DNA from: an uncultured Candidatus Saccharibacteria bacterium
Lineage (GTDB): Bacteria; Patescibacteriota; Minisyncoccia; Phycocordibacterales; UBA9973
Assembly: GCA_964502615.1 (NCBI GenBank)
Contig: CAZCXF010000001.1
Span: forward strand, 151,516 to 215,515
Length of the DNA stretch: 64,000 nt
Reading direction: 5' to 3'
Shown here: positions 56,235-64,000 of the stretch, in pieces
Layout of the letters: every line of letters starts with the position of its first letter
How positions within the stretch are numbered: the first letter of the stretch is position 1
The notes under the pieces: generated by a model
Told to the model about the DNA's origin: nothing
Database searches by the model: none
The model's input: only the letters and a program-made list of their open reading frames with translations
Program-made: the position numbers and the translations under genes

Positions 56235-58346
56235 CTATTTTTCCATTCTACGTTTAAGTACCATTATCTCATCGCGGAGAATTGCTGCTGTTTCGAAGTC
56301 GAGAGTTTTCACTGCGCTATTCATCTCTTTTTCTTTTATTTTAATTATTTTTTCGTAGACTGTTTTATTGCGTTCTTCATCTGAAATAAGTAAGTTCTTT
56401 ACTGAATCTTTTTCTGTCTTTCCTTTTTTTTTCTTATCTTTTGTAAATGCTTTCTTAAATAATTCTACATCAAGATCAAGCTCGGCATTCACAGCCTTCT
56501 CGTGTTTATTCTCAAGCTCTTCGGTAATATCCTTAATCTTTTTTAAAATAGTCTTTGGAGTAATACCATGCTTCTTGTTATAAGCTACTTGTATCGCACG
56601 ACGACGATTTGTTTCTCCTATTGCACGCTCAAGCGAACCCGTCATAATATCTGCATAAAGAATTACTTTACCTTCTACGTTTCTTGCTGCACGACCTATA
56701 GTCTGGATAAGTGAAGTTTCTGAACGAAGAAAACCTTCCTTGTCTGCATCAAGAATCCCAATAAGTGCAACCTCTGGCAAATCTAAACCTTCACGAAGAA
56801 GATTAACTCCAACCAAAATATCCATGTCGCCTTTTCTAAATGCAGTTAATATTTGAATTCTTTCAATAGTTTTTATTTCACTATGAAGGTATTCTGCTTT
56901 GATTCCCTTATCTTTCAAATAAATAGATAAATCTTCAGCCATGCGCTTTGTAAGTGTTGTCGCTAAAACTCGGAAACCTTTCTTTATAGTTTTTTCTGCT
57001 TCAGCTATAAAATCTTGGATTTGACCTGGATATTCTCCTCCTGCAGAAACTTTTCTAACTATTACTTCTGGGTCGATAAGTCCTGTTGGGCGAATAATCT
57101 GTTCGACAATCTGCTGGCTTGATTCTCTCTCTAAAGTCGAAGGGGTTGCGGATACATATACTACTTGCCCAATGCGCTCTTCAAATTCAGGATACTTAAG
57201 TGGTCTATTATCTTTAGCGCTTGGTAAACGGAAGCCGAACTCGACAAGTGTATTCTTGCGTGAGGCATCGCCTGCGTACATACCATTTAGTTGAGGAAGT
57301 GTAACATGAGATTCATCAATGATAGTGAGGAAATCGATCTCTCCATTTTCAGTTCTTGGAAAATACGAAAGAAGCGTCTCTGGCGCTTCCCCTTCTTTTT
57401 TACCAGATAGATGACGAGAGTAATTTTCAATACCGTTACAATAACCAATTTCTTTTATCATTGCCAAGTCGTATGACGTACGACGCTTAATACGCTCTGC
57501 TTCAAGAAGCTTTCCTTCTTTTTCAAATTTTTTTATTTGTGATGCAAGTTCGGCTTTAATATTTTTTATTGCTTTCTCTACTTGGTCTTTCTCGGTAATA
57601 AAGTGCTTTGTAGGAAACAAGAAAATATTCTCTTCTTCTTTTAATATATGGGATGACACAGGATCAACTTTAGCAATTCTTGCAATCTTTCCATCAGCAA
57701 ATTCTATTTGATATACAAATGTCTCAGACACTGGCATCACTTCAACTTTTGCACCAATCGAGCGAAATTGACCTGAATTAATATCTGCATTTGTACGCTC
57801 AAAGTGTACTTCGATAAGTTTTTTCATAAGTGTAGTTCTGTCCATCTTCATACCCACTGCAAGTTTTAAATTTACTTTTTCGTACTCTTCAGGAGAACCT
57901 AAACCATAAATACACGAAACTGAAGCGACAATAATAACATCCTTGCGTGTCAAAAGTGCTTGGGTGGACGCATGGCGAAGTCGGTCTATTTCTTTATTAA
58001 TCTGTGCATCTTTTTCAATATAGGTATCGGTAACTGGCATATATGCCTCAGGTTGATAGTAATCGTAGTAAGAAACAAAGTAATGCACCGCTGCGTCTGG
58101 AAAAAATTCGCGAAACTCTTGGGCAAGCTGTGCAGCTAATGTCTTGTTGTGAGCGATGACTAGAGTTGGCTTGTTCCATTTCTCGATAACATTGGCCATA
58201 GTGAAAGTCTTCCCTGTACCAGTTGCCCCCAAAAGTGTCTGCTTTTGCATTCCCTTCTCAAGCCCTTTGAGCAACTCTGAAATAGCCTTTGGCTGGTCAC
58301 CATCAGGCTTGTAGTCGCTTTTTAATTTAAATACTTTTTCTTTCAT
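56235..58346 (-). CDS. uvrB: Excinuclease ABC subunit B
   Basis: 'LLGATGTGKTFTMANVI' helicase motif I, a C-terminal UVR domain, 703 aa. Confidence 0.95.
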   Translation of the reverse strand: MKEKVFKLKSDYKPDGDQPKAISELLKGLEKGMQKQTLLGATGTGKTFTMANVIEKWNKPTLVIAHNKTLAAQLAQEFREFFPDAAVHYFVSYYDYYQPEAYMPVTDTYIEKDAQINKEIDRLRHASTQALLTRKDVIIVASVSCIYGLGSPEEYEKVNLKLAVGMKMDRTTLMKKLIEVHFERTNADINSGQFRSIGAKVEVMPVSETFVYQIEFADGKIARIAKVDPVSSHILKEEENIFLFPTKHFITEKDQVEKAIKNIKAELASQIKKFEKEGKLLEAERIKRRTSYDLAMIKEIGYCNGIENYSRHLSGKKEGEAPETLLSYFPRTENGEIDFLTIIDESHVTLPQLNGMYAGDASRKNTLVEFGFRLPSAKDNRPLKYPEFEERIGQVVYVSATPSTLERESSQQIVEQIIRPTGLIDPEVIVRKVSAGGEYPGQIQDFIAEAEKTIKKGFRVLATTLTKRMAEDLSIYLKDKGIKAEYLHSEIKTIERIQILTAFRKGDMDILVGVNLLREGLDLPEVALIGILDADKEGFLRSETSLIQTIGRAARNVEGKVILYADIMTGSLERAIGETNRRRAIQVAYNKKHGITPKTILKKIKDITEELENKHEKAVNAELDLDVELFKKAFTKDKKKKGKTEKDSVKNLLISDEERNKTVYEKIIKIKEKEMNSAVKTLDFETAAILRDEIMVLKRRMEK

Positions 58347-58429
58347 TTGTACTTCAAGATTAACTTATTTTTAGAAATAAAAAAAGCTGGCATTCTTGCC
58401 AGCATTATTCATAAATGAATCTTAGCCTC

Positions 58430-59041
58430 TTAATCATCAGGATTCATCAATTCAAGAACTCTTGCAGTTTGAAGCTCCCGATACTTATACACCTTGGGCA
58501 ATTGTGTTAATGCACAATTTAATGGAATAGCACTTGCTACTACTCCAGTACCAATCAAGGCGTCATACATATCTTTATCGTAAACGTACAACACTGTTGT
58601 TTTGTATGTTTTTACGAGGCCTTCAATATTGTTCACGGTGGCTTTGTATTTAACACCAGCATGGCCACCACCGATGAGTACACAAGCAATAACTTCAGTA
58701 CTTGGTACCGGTAACAAATTTAGACACTCTTCAATAAGTGCAGGGGCCTCTTCCCATCCGCCTTCTTCATTTGTATGAACGGGCAGAGCATGAAAAAACT
58801 TTCCTTTAATTTTTTTAGTAATTGGCTTACCTTTTTCAAATTCTAAGGTAGCTAGCTCTGGCCATCCATATTCAGCAACCTGGCCAGCAAAACCACCATT
58901 TGAGTTATCAAGGTAACCCTTTTTATTACGCCAATGTACACCGAATGCTATGTGGTCAGCAATGGTATTAAAAATACTGTCCTGGATAGCAATCAAAGGC
59001 TTTTGTAAGCTATTGCCATAAAGAAATTCTTGCAAATTCAT
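58430..59041 (-). CDS. Hypothetical protein (203 aa) with a Gly-rich 'LIGGGHAGVKY' loop
   Basis: ORF whose family I could not confidently assign. Confidence 0.45.
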   Translation of the reverse strand: MNLQEFLYGNSLQKPLIAIQDSIFNTIADHIAFGVHWRNKKGYLDNSNGGFAGQVAEYGWPELATLEFEKGKPITKKIKGKFFHALPVHTNEEGGWEEAPALIEECLNLLPVPSTEVIACVLIGGGHAGVKYKATVNNIEGLVKTYKTTVLYVYDKDMYDALIGTGVVASAIPLNCALTQLPKVYKYRELQTARVLELMNPDD

Positions 59042-59099
59042 ATTGATTTATTTTTATGGTTCAATAATAGAAAATTGAACTAATTCAACCACAAAAAGA

Positions 59100-60410
59100 C
59101 TATTTGTGCAAATATGAGTTTAAGAAGCTTTCTTTAAATTCAAAAAATTTATTGTTTAAAATTGCTTCGCGCATTTGATCTACAAGGTGAGTTATGAAAT
59201 AAATATTGTGAATTGAAGCAAGAGTTGCAGCTTCCATCTCTTTTGCACGAAATAAATGTGATACATACGCAAGTGTATAACTCTTACAAGTATAACACTG
59301 ACAATCTTTTTCTATCGGTTCAAAGTTATTTATGAATTGAGCATTAAATAAATTTATTTTTCCACTTTTTGTAAAAACTGTTCCGTTGCGAGCAATACGT
59401 GTAGGGCCAACACAATCAAAAAGATCTACCCCATTCTCAACCCCCATAAATAAATCCTCTGGCTCTCCTATTCCAAGTAAATGACGAGGTTTATTCTCAG
59501 GCAAAATTTCATTGACCCACTTCACAGCGGTACTCATATCTTCTTTTGCAAATGAACCACAAATATCAAAACCATCAAAATCCATTCCACTAATAGCTTT
59601 AGCTGATTTTTTTCTTAATTCTTCAGATCGCCCACCTTGAACGATTCCAAATAGAGCTTGAGGTAGAAAATCAGAGACAGCAAAATCTCGCCGCTTTACC
59701 CTCTCTTCGGGGGCTCCGACACGGACAAGATTTTCCTGTTTCTGCTTTTCTAATTCCTTATGTCTTTCTAAACTTCTTTTAGCCCAAGCATGTGTACGAG
59801 ACAATGCTTCATCTTGATATAAATCAGTTTCAGTTGGTGAAGTACATTCATCAAATGCAAAAATAATATCAGCTCCTAGATTGTGCTGGATCTCGATTGA
59901 TTTCTCTGGAGTAATATAGTGGAGTGATCCATCTAAATGTGATTTAAAAGATACTCCGTCATTACTAATTTTTGCAAGTGGAACTACGCTGTCTATAGAT
60001 CGCTCAGGAATAAGAAAATTAGGGTCAGTTATAGTTGTAACTTTTGAAATCTCTTTACCATATGCAGCACCCAGAGAAAATACTTGGAAACCTCCTGAAT
60101 CAGTCATCAAAGGCCCTTGCCAGTTCATAAACTTATGTAGTCCACCAGCATCACGAATTAGCTCATCCCCAGGCTGAAGATATAAGTGGTAGGTGTTGGC
60201 TAGTATTACTTGTGAACCAGTACTTTGAATTTGTTCTGGAGTAAGAGCTTTAACACTTGCTTTAGTACCAACAGTTACAAAAGCTGGGGTTTTAATTTCT
60301 CCATGTGGTGTATTTAAAATAGCTGCTCGACCGAGATATCCTTCGATCTTTTTCTCAATTTTAAAATCAAAAATATTCATAACATCTAATTCCTTTTGAT
60401 TTGTACCCAT
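59100..60410 (-). CDS. tgt: Queuine tRNA-ribosyltransferase (Tgt), with a roughly 40-aa insertion
   Basis: 'GPLMTDSGGFQVFSL' catalytic Asp motif and the C-terminal Zn site 'CQCYTCKSYTLAYVSHL'. Confidence 0.9.
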   Translation of the reverse strand: MGTNQKELDVMNIFDFKIEKKIEGYLGRAAILNTPHGEIKTPAFVTVGTKASVKALTPEQIQSTGSQVILANTYHLYLQPGDELIRDAGGLHKFMNWQGPLMTDSGGFQVFSLGAAYGKEISKVTTITDPNFLIPERSIDSVVPLAKISNDGVSFKSHLDGSLHYITPEKSIEIQHNLGADIIFAFDECTSPTETDLYQDEALSRTHAWAKRSLERHKELEKQKQENLVRVGAPEERVKRRDFAVSDFLPQALFGIVQGGRSEELRKKSAKAISGMDFDGFDICGSFAKEDMSTAVKWVNEILPENKPRHLLGIGEPEDLFMGVENGVDLFDCVGPTRIARNGTVFTKSGKINLFNAQFINNFEPIEKDCQCYTCKSYTLAYVSHLFRAKEMEAATLASIHNIYFITHLVDQMREAILNNKFFEFKESFLNSYLHK

Positions 60411-61183
60411 TTCAAACTTTGTATATTTACAGGTGAGTGTAGAATGACTTTCTTAACTGGATCTGTAGGCCGAGAAATAATTCCATCAATAACTGCTATT
60501 ACTTCGGATTTACTACTTGGCAATACGACCGTCAGACCATTATCAGTTGCTAGCTCATTCGGCACAGTCATTTCAAAATTTCCACCACCACGTCCAACAA
60601 GCTCTACATTTGCATTTGATCCTTCAAGCATAGCGTCAGTCGTCTGCCCAGGATTAGAATATAAAATAACAAGTGAATTATTTGCATATACCTTACCAAT
60701 CTCACCTATTGGAATATTACTGTTTGCAAAAACTTTTTCACCTTCTAAAACGTCTAGATCTTTTCCAATATCTATAATAATAGTGTCATAAGGGGAACGA
60801 TTTGGCTTAGCTAAAATATTAGCTAGTGTAAAATTTTCTTTTTGTGGCAATCTTCCGAGTAATTCTTTTAGTGAATCATTCTCTTTTTTAAGAGTATCAT
60901 AATCAATCATGGAAAGTTTTAAATCAGCGTTTTCTTTTTTTATAGACTCATTTTCTTTGAATACAGAAGATTTAGTTCTAATTAAATAGCCCATACCACT
61001 CACGCCTTCTACTACAGTGTTTTGCGCTTTCCAAATAGGTCTGCCAATAAAATTAAAAAGTTTACCTAAAAACCCTAAAGCTCCAGATAAAGATATAAAC
61101 AAAAATAGTCCTATAATTACAACATTACGGGTTATAATTTTCTTTCTATTAATTCTTTTTTTATCGCGGAGTTGATGTATCAT
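60386..61183 (-). CDS. mreC: Rod shape-determining protein MreC
   Basis: N-terminal TM, coiled-coil and beta-domain with 'VELVGRGGGNF...LTVVLPSS'. It sits immediately downstream of mreB and overlaps it. Confidence 0.75.
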   Translation of the reverse strand: MIHQLRDKKRINRKKIITRNVVIIGLFLFISLSGALGFLGKLFNFIGRPIWKAQNTVVEGVSGMGYLIRTKSSVFKENESIKKENADLKLSMIDYDTLKKENDSLKELLGRLPQKENFTLANILAKPNRSPYDTIIIDIGKDLDVLEGEKVFANSNIPIGEIGKVYANNSLVILYSNPGQTTDAMLEGSNANVELVGRGGGNFEMTVPNELATDNGLTVVLPSSKSEVIAVIDGIISRPTDPVKKVILHSPVNIQSLKWVQIKRN

Positions 61184-62207
61184 CTGTATTTACTAAAACT
61201 TCTTGAAAATTTTCAAAATCATCTAATATAACTCCTGTGCCACGAGCAACTGCTGTGAGAGGATCCTCAGCAATATAAATAGGTATTTTAAGTGAACTTT
61301 TCAAAAGAATATCTAAACCTCGCAATAGAGCTCCGCCTCCAGATAAAACTAACCCTCTGTGCATAATATCGGAAAGTAATTCTGGTGGTGTAGTCTCTAA
61401 AACTTCTTTGATACCATCAACCAAACTAATCACAGATGGCATTATAGCTTCGCGAACATCAGCGTCAGTAATAATAACCTGACGTGGTAAACCAGTCACC
61501 AAATCCCTGCCTCTGACTTCTGCTTCCATTGGCTCACCTTCTATAACTTGCCCAATTGCGATTTTTACATTTTCAGCAGTTTTTTCACCTATTAGTAATT
61601 TGAATTCATCCTTCATGTAGTTAACAATACTTGAATTCAAAAGATCTCCTGCTATTTTTAAATTTTTTGATCTAACAACTCCGGAGAGTGATATTACAGC
61701 GATATCTGTTGTTCCTCCTCCAATATCAACGATAACTGATCCGACAGCGTCTTTAACAGGAAGTCGTATGCCAACAGAAGCTGCCATTGGTTCTTCCACA
61801 ATGTAAACTTCGCGAGCCCCAGCAGAACGAGCTGCATCTTCTACCGCTCTAATTTCAACGTTAGTTATACCAGTAGGAACACCTACCAATACACGTGGTC
61901 GAATAAATTTTTTAGACATTTTTTCAGCTTTACCGATTAGGTATGAAAGCATTTCTTCTGTTACTTCAAAATCAGAAATAACTCCATCAACTATTGGTCT
62001 AACAGCGCGAATATGCCCCGGAGTTCGTCCTAACATTTGTTTCGCCTCAGCTCCTACGGCTACAATCTGTCCAGTCTTTTGATTTACAACCACCACCGAT
62101 GGCTCATTGATAACGATGCCATGACCTTTCAAATAAACCAGAGTATTAGCTGTGCCTAAATCTATTCCAATATCGTTTGAAAATGTATTGTAAAGTTTTT
62201 TAAACAT
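61161..62207 (-). CDS. mreB: Rod shape-determining protein MreB (actin homolog)
   Basis: 'IGIDLGTANTLVY', 'VIVDIGGGTTDIAVIS' and 'GLVLSGGGALLRGLD' actin-fold motifs. Confidence 0.95.
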   Translation of the reverse strand: MFKKLYNTFSNDIGIDLGTANTLVYLKGHGIVINEPSVVVVNQKTGQIVAVGAEAKQMLGRTPGHIRAVRPIVDGVISDFEVTEEMLSYLIGKAEKMSKKFIRPRVLVGVPTGITNVEIRAVEDAARSAGAREVYIVEEPMAASVGIRLPVKDAVGSVIVDIGGGTTDIAVISLSGVVRSKNLKIAGDLLNSSIVNYMKDEFKLLIGEKTAENVKIAIGQVIEGEPMEAEVRGRDLVTGLPRQVIITDADVREAIMPSVISLVDGIKEVLETTPPELLSDIMHRGLVLSGGGALLRGLDILLKSSLKIPIYIAEDPLTAVARGTGVILDDFENFQEVLVNTDDTSTPR

Positions 62208-63465
62208 TTTTTAATTCATTTAATAATTGTTCTTTTGGAACAATTTTTCCAGTCTCTTCTGTACGTTTTTTTATTTCATATCCACCGGAAGCATTACTAC
62301 GTTTTGATACAACCACTCTATAAGGTATTCCAATCAAATCTGAATCAGCAAACTTTTCTCCTGCACTAACATCGGTGCGATCATCAAATAAAACTTCAAT
62401 ATTATTTTCTAATAAATATTTATAAATATTTTCTGCTTCAGATTTGGTGTTGTCTTCATTGCCCAGTAGTAGTAAGTGTACTTTAAAAGGAGCAATAGAT
62501 TCGGGCCATATAATGCCTTTATCATCAGATAGAACCTCAACAACCGTACCCATTAACCTTCCTGGCCCTATACCATAAGAACCCATAAATACTGATTTGG
62601 ATTCACCTGTATCGGTTTGATACTTTAATTCAAGAGCGTCAGAGAAACGAGTACCTAATGTGAATATGTTTCCAACTTCTACTGCTCTATTTTCAACCAA
62701 AGTATCTTTTGAAAGTCCTAGGCTTTCAATAACTTCATCATTATAAACCTCTTTGTTTATAGCTATACCTTTATTTTCATCTACATAAATAGTATCTTCC
62801 CCTGCACCCGTTAATGTTTGAAATTCATGAGAAAACTTTGAGAACATACCTCCAGAAGCAAAGGTTAGATAAGTTAGGTGACCAATACCAACTCTTTTAA
62901 AAACATTTTTATAAGCTTCTTTAGCTTTTTCATAAAACTCATTATGCTCATTTTCATCTCTTGAAAAAGAATATAGATCTTTCATTATAAATTCCCTAGT
63001 ACGCATTATCCCACTCTTAGCACGAGTTTCATTTCTAAATTTAGTTTGAAATTGATAAAGAGAAAAAGGCAAATCGCGATAAGAATTTACAAATCCTTTT
63101 AACATTTTAGTTATTGGAGCCTCGTGAGTCACAGCAAGACCTAACTCAGTCTCACTTTTTAATTTAGTCTTAAACCAGACATCTACCTGTTCATCACTCC
63201 ATTGATTTGTAGGTTCCCATGTTGAACGCTCTTGGAGTGCTGTCATTACTATCTCTTGTCCACCAATTGCATTCATTTCTTCACGAATAATATTCTGTAT
63301 CTTATTTAAAACACGAAGACCTAGTGGTAAATATGCATAAACCCCAGCCATTTCCTTGTTTATAAAGCCAGCTTTTATCAGAAGTTCAGCATTAAGAGAT
63401 ACTTCATCTGCTGGAGACTCCTTCTTAGTTTTTGTAAATAGTTGTGATTGCTTCATACCAATCAT
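62200..63465 (-). CDS. proS: Prolyl-tRNA synthetase, bacterial-type but lacking the INS editing domain (421 aa)
   Basis: N-terminal 'SQLFTKTKKESPADEVSLNAELLIKAGFI', motif 2 'FRNETRAKSGIMRTREFIMKD', motif 3 region 'GSYGIGPGRLMGTVVE'. The motif 2-to-3 spacing is too short for an INS domain. Confidence 0.9.
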   Translation of the reverse strand: MIGMKQSQLFTKTKKESPADEVSLNAELLIKAGFINKEMAGVYAYLPLGLRVLNKIQNIIREEMNAIGGQEIVMTALQERSTWEPTNQWSDEQVDVWFKTKLKSETELGLAVTHEAPITKMLKGFVNSYRDLPFSLYQFQTKFRNETRAKSGIMRTREFIMKDLYSFSRDENEHNEFYEKAKEAYKNVFKRVGIGHLTYLTFASGGMFSKFSHEFQTLTGAGEDTIYVDENKGIAINKEVYNDEVIESLGLSKDTLVENRAVEVGNIFTLGTRFSDALELKYQTDTGESKSVFMGSYGIGPGRLMGTVVEVLSDDKGIIWPESIAPFKVHLLLLGNEDNTKSEAENIYKYLLENNIEVLFDDRTDVSAGEKFADSDLIGIPYRVVVSKRSNASGGYEIKKRTEETGKIVPKEQLLNELKNV

Positions 63466-63641
63466 ACTACCTTAAAATAGGCTTCTGGTCAAAAAGAGGG
63501 GTTGCTAAATAATGGTTTTTCTGCTATTATGATTCCACGTTCCGTGAGGAGCTTTTTTATATAAAGCCACCTTGTAAACAAGCTGAGATGCTTAAAAACG
63601 GACGTTTATAAATTAATTAACCCTAAAATAGGGATATAAAT

Positions 63642-64000
63642 ATGAGTACACAAAATACGTTAGTGGAAAAAATGTTTCAAGCAGGTGCTCACTACGGCTA
63701 TTCAAAAAGTCGTCGTCACCCATCAACAAGTGCATACATTTTTGCAACAAAAAATGGTGTTGATATTATAAATATTGAAAAATCATACGAACTTCTAGAA
63801 AAAGCACTAGATGAAGTAAAGAAATTAGCTTCTAGTGGTAAAACAATTCTTTTTGTTGGTACAAAGCCAGAGGCTCGCCAACAAATAACAGAACTCGCCC
63901 TTTCTCTTGGTATGCCATATGTTAGTGAGAGATGGGTTGGTGGTTCACTTACGAATTTCCCAGAAATAAAGAAAAGAATCGCAAAACTGCTTGACCTACG
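63642..64000 (+). CDS. rpsB: 30S ribosomal protein S2, partial (runs off the window end)
   Basis: 'MFQAGAHYGYSKSRRHPSTSAYIFATKNGVDIINIEKSYELLEKAL...ILFVGTK' S2 N-terminus. No stop before position 64000. Confidence 0.85.
   Translation, partial: MSTQNTLVEKMFQAGAHYGYSKSRRHPSTSAYIFATKNGVDIINIEKSYELLEKALDEVKKLASSGKTILFVGTKPEARQQITELALSLGMPYVSERWVGGSLTNFPEIKKRIAKLLDL

Noticed and set aside
1-64000. Alternative genetic code (UGA recoding, as in some CPR lineages)
   Set aside because: Long conserved genes (leuS 952 aa, uvrA, uvrB, the 1069-aa surface protein) are uninterrupted under the standard code, and conserved proteins terminate where expected.

Overview
The window is 64 kb of AT-rich, gene-dense bacterial sequence read with the standard genetic code: long ORFs are uninterrupted. 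The gene content suggests a reduced Patescibacteria/CPR-type genome (inference). Several genes are shortened or unusual: an INS-less ProRS, a UvrC without the C-terminal HhH domain, an 865-aa UvrA, a Nudix domain inserted in LeuS and an HTH-MurA fusion. There is a type IV pilin and many secreted or surface hypothetical proteins (LTD, CAP, SdrD-B-like). Most of the window is housekeeping: lepA, murJ, leuS, tsaC, ychF, tag, miaA, rpmG, alr, murB, murA, a family-4 UDG, ddl, uvrC/uvrA/uvrB, tgt, mreB/mreC, proS, a partial rpsB, and tRNA-Trp(CCA), tRNA-Leu(CAA) and tRNA-Ala(UGC). Several rho-independent terminators are visible.

The most unusual locus is a compact co-directional minus-strand gene array at about 29.5-40.0 kb. 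Two paralogous soluble TraD/VirD4-like P-loop ATPases bracket three tandem paralogs of a roughly 565-aa cysteine-rich multi-zinc-ribbon protein. A small polytopic membrane protein, an HxGH-type nucleotidyltransferase and CutA sit in the same array. One ATPase carries a Zn-ribbon with the same '(I/P)VYCxxC' signature as the Cys-rich proteins. I could not assign these proteins to any characterised family from sequence, so I flag the array as a candidate undescribed system.

Secondary points:
- A complete Nudix hydrolase domain inserted in-frame in leuS.
- An HTH-XRE::MurA fusion with a perfect 18-bp palindrome in its promoter.
- A 24-bp direct repeat pair, plus a HEPN-motif protein and a DUF559 nuclease, in an accessory stretch at 13.7-18.2 kb.
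- A 42-aa highly basic ORF and an rpmG that the ORF track missed.
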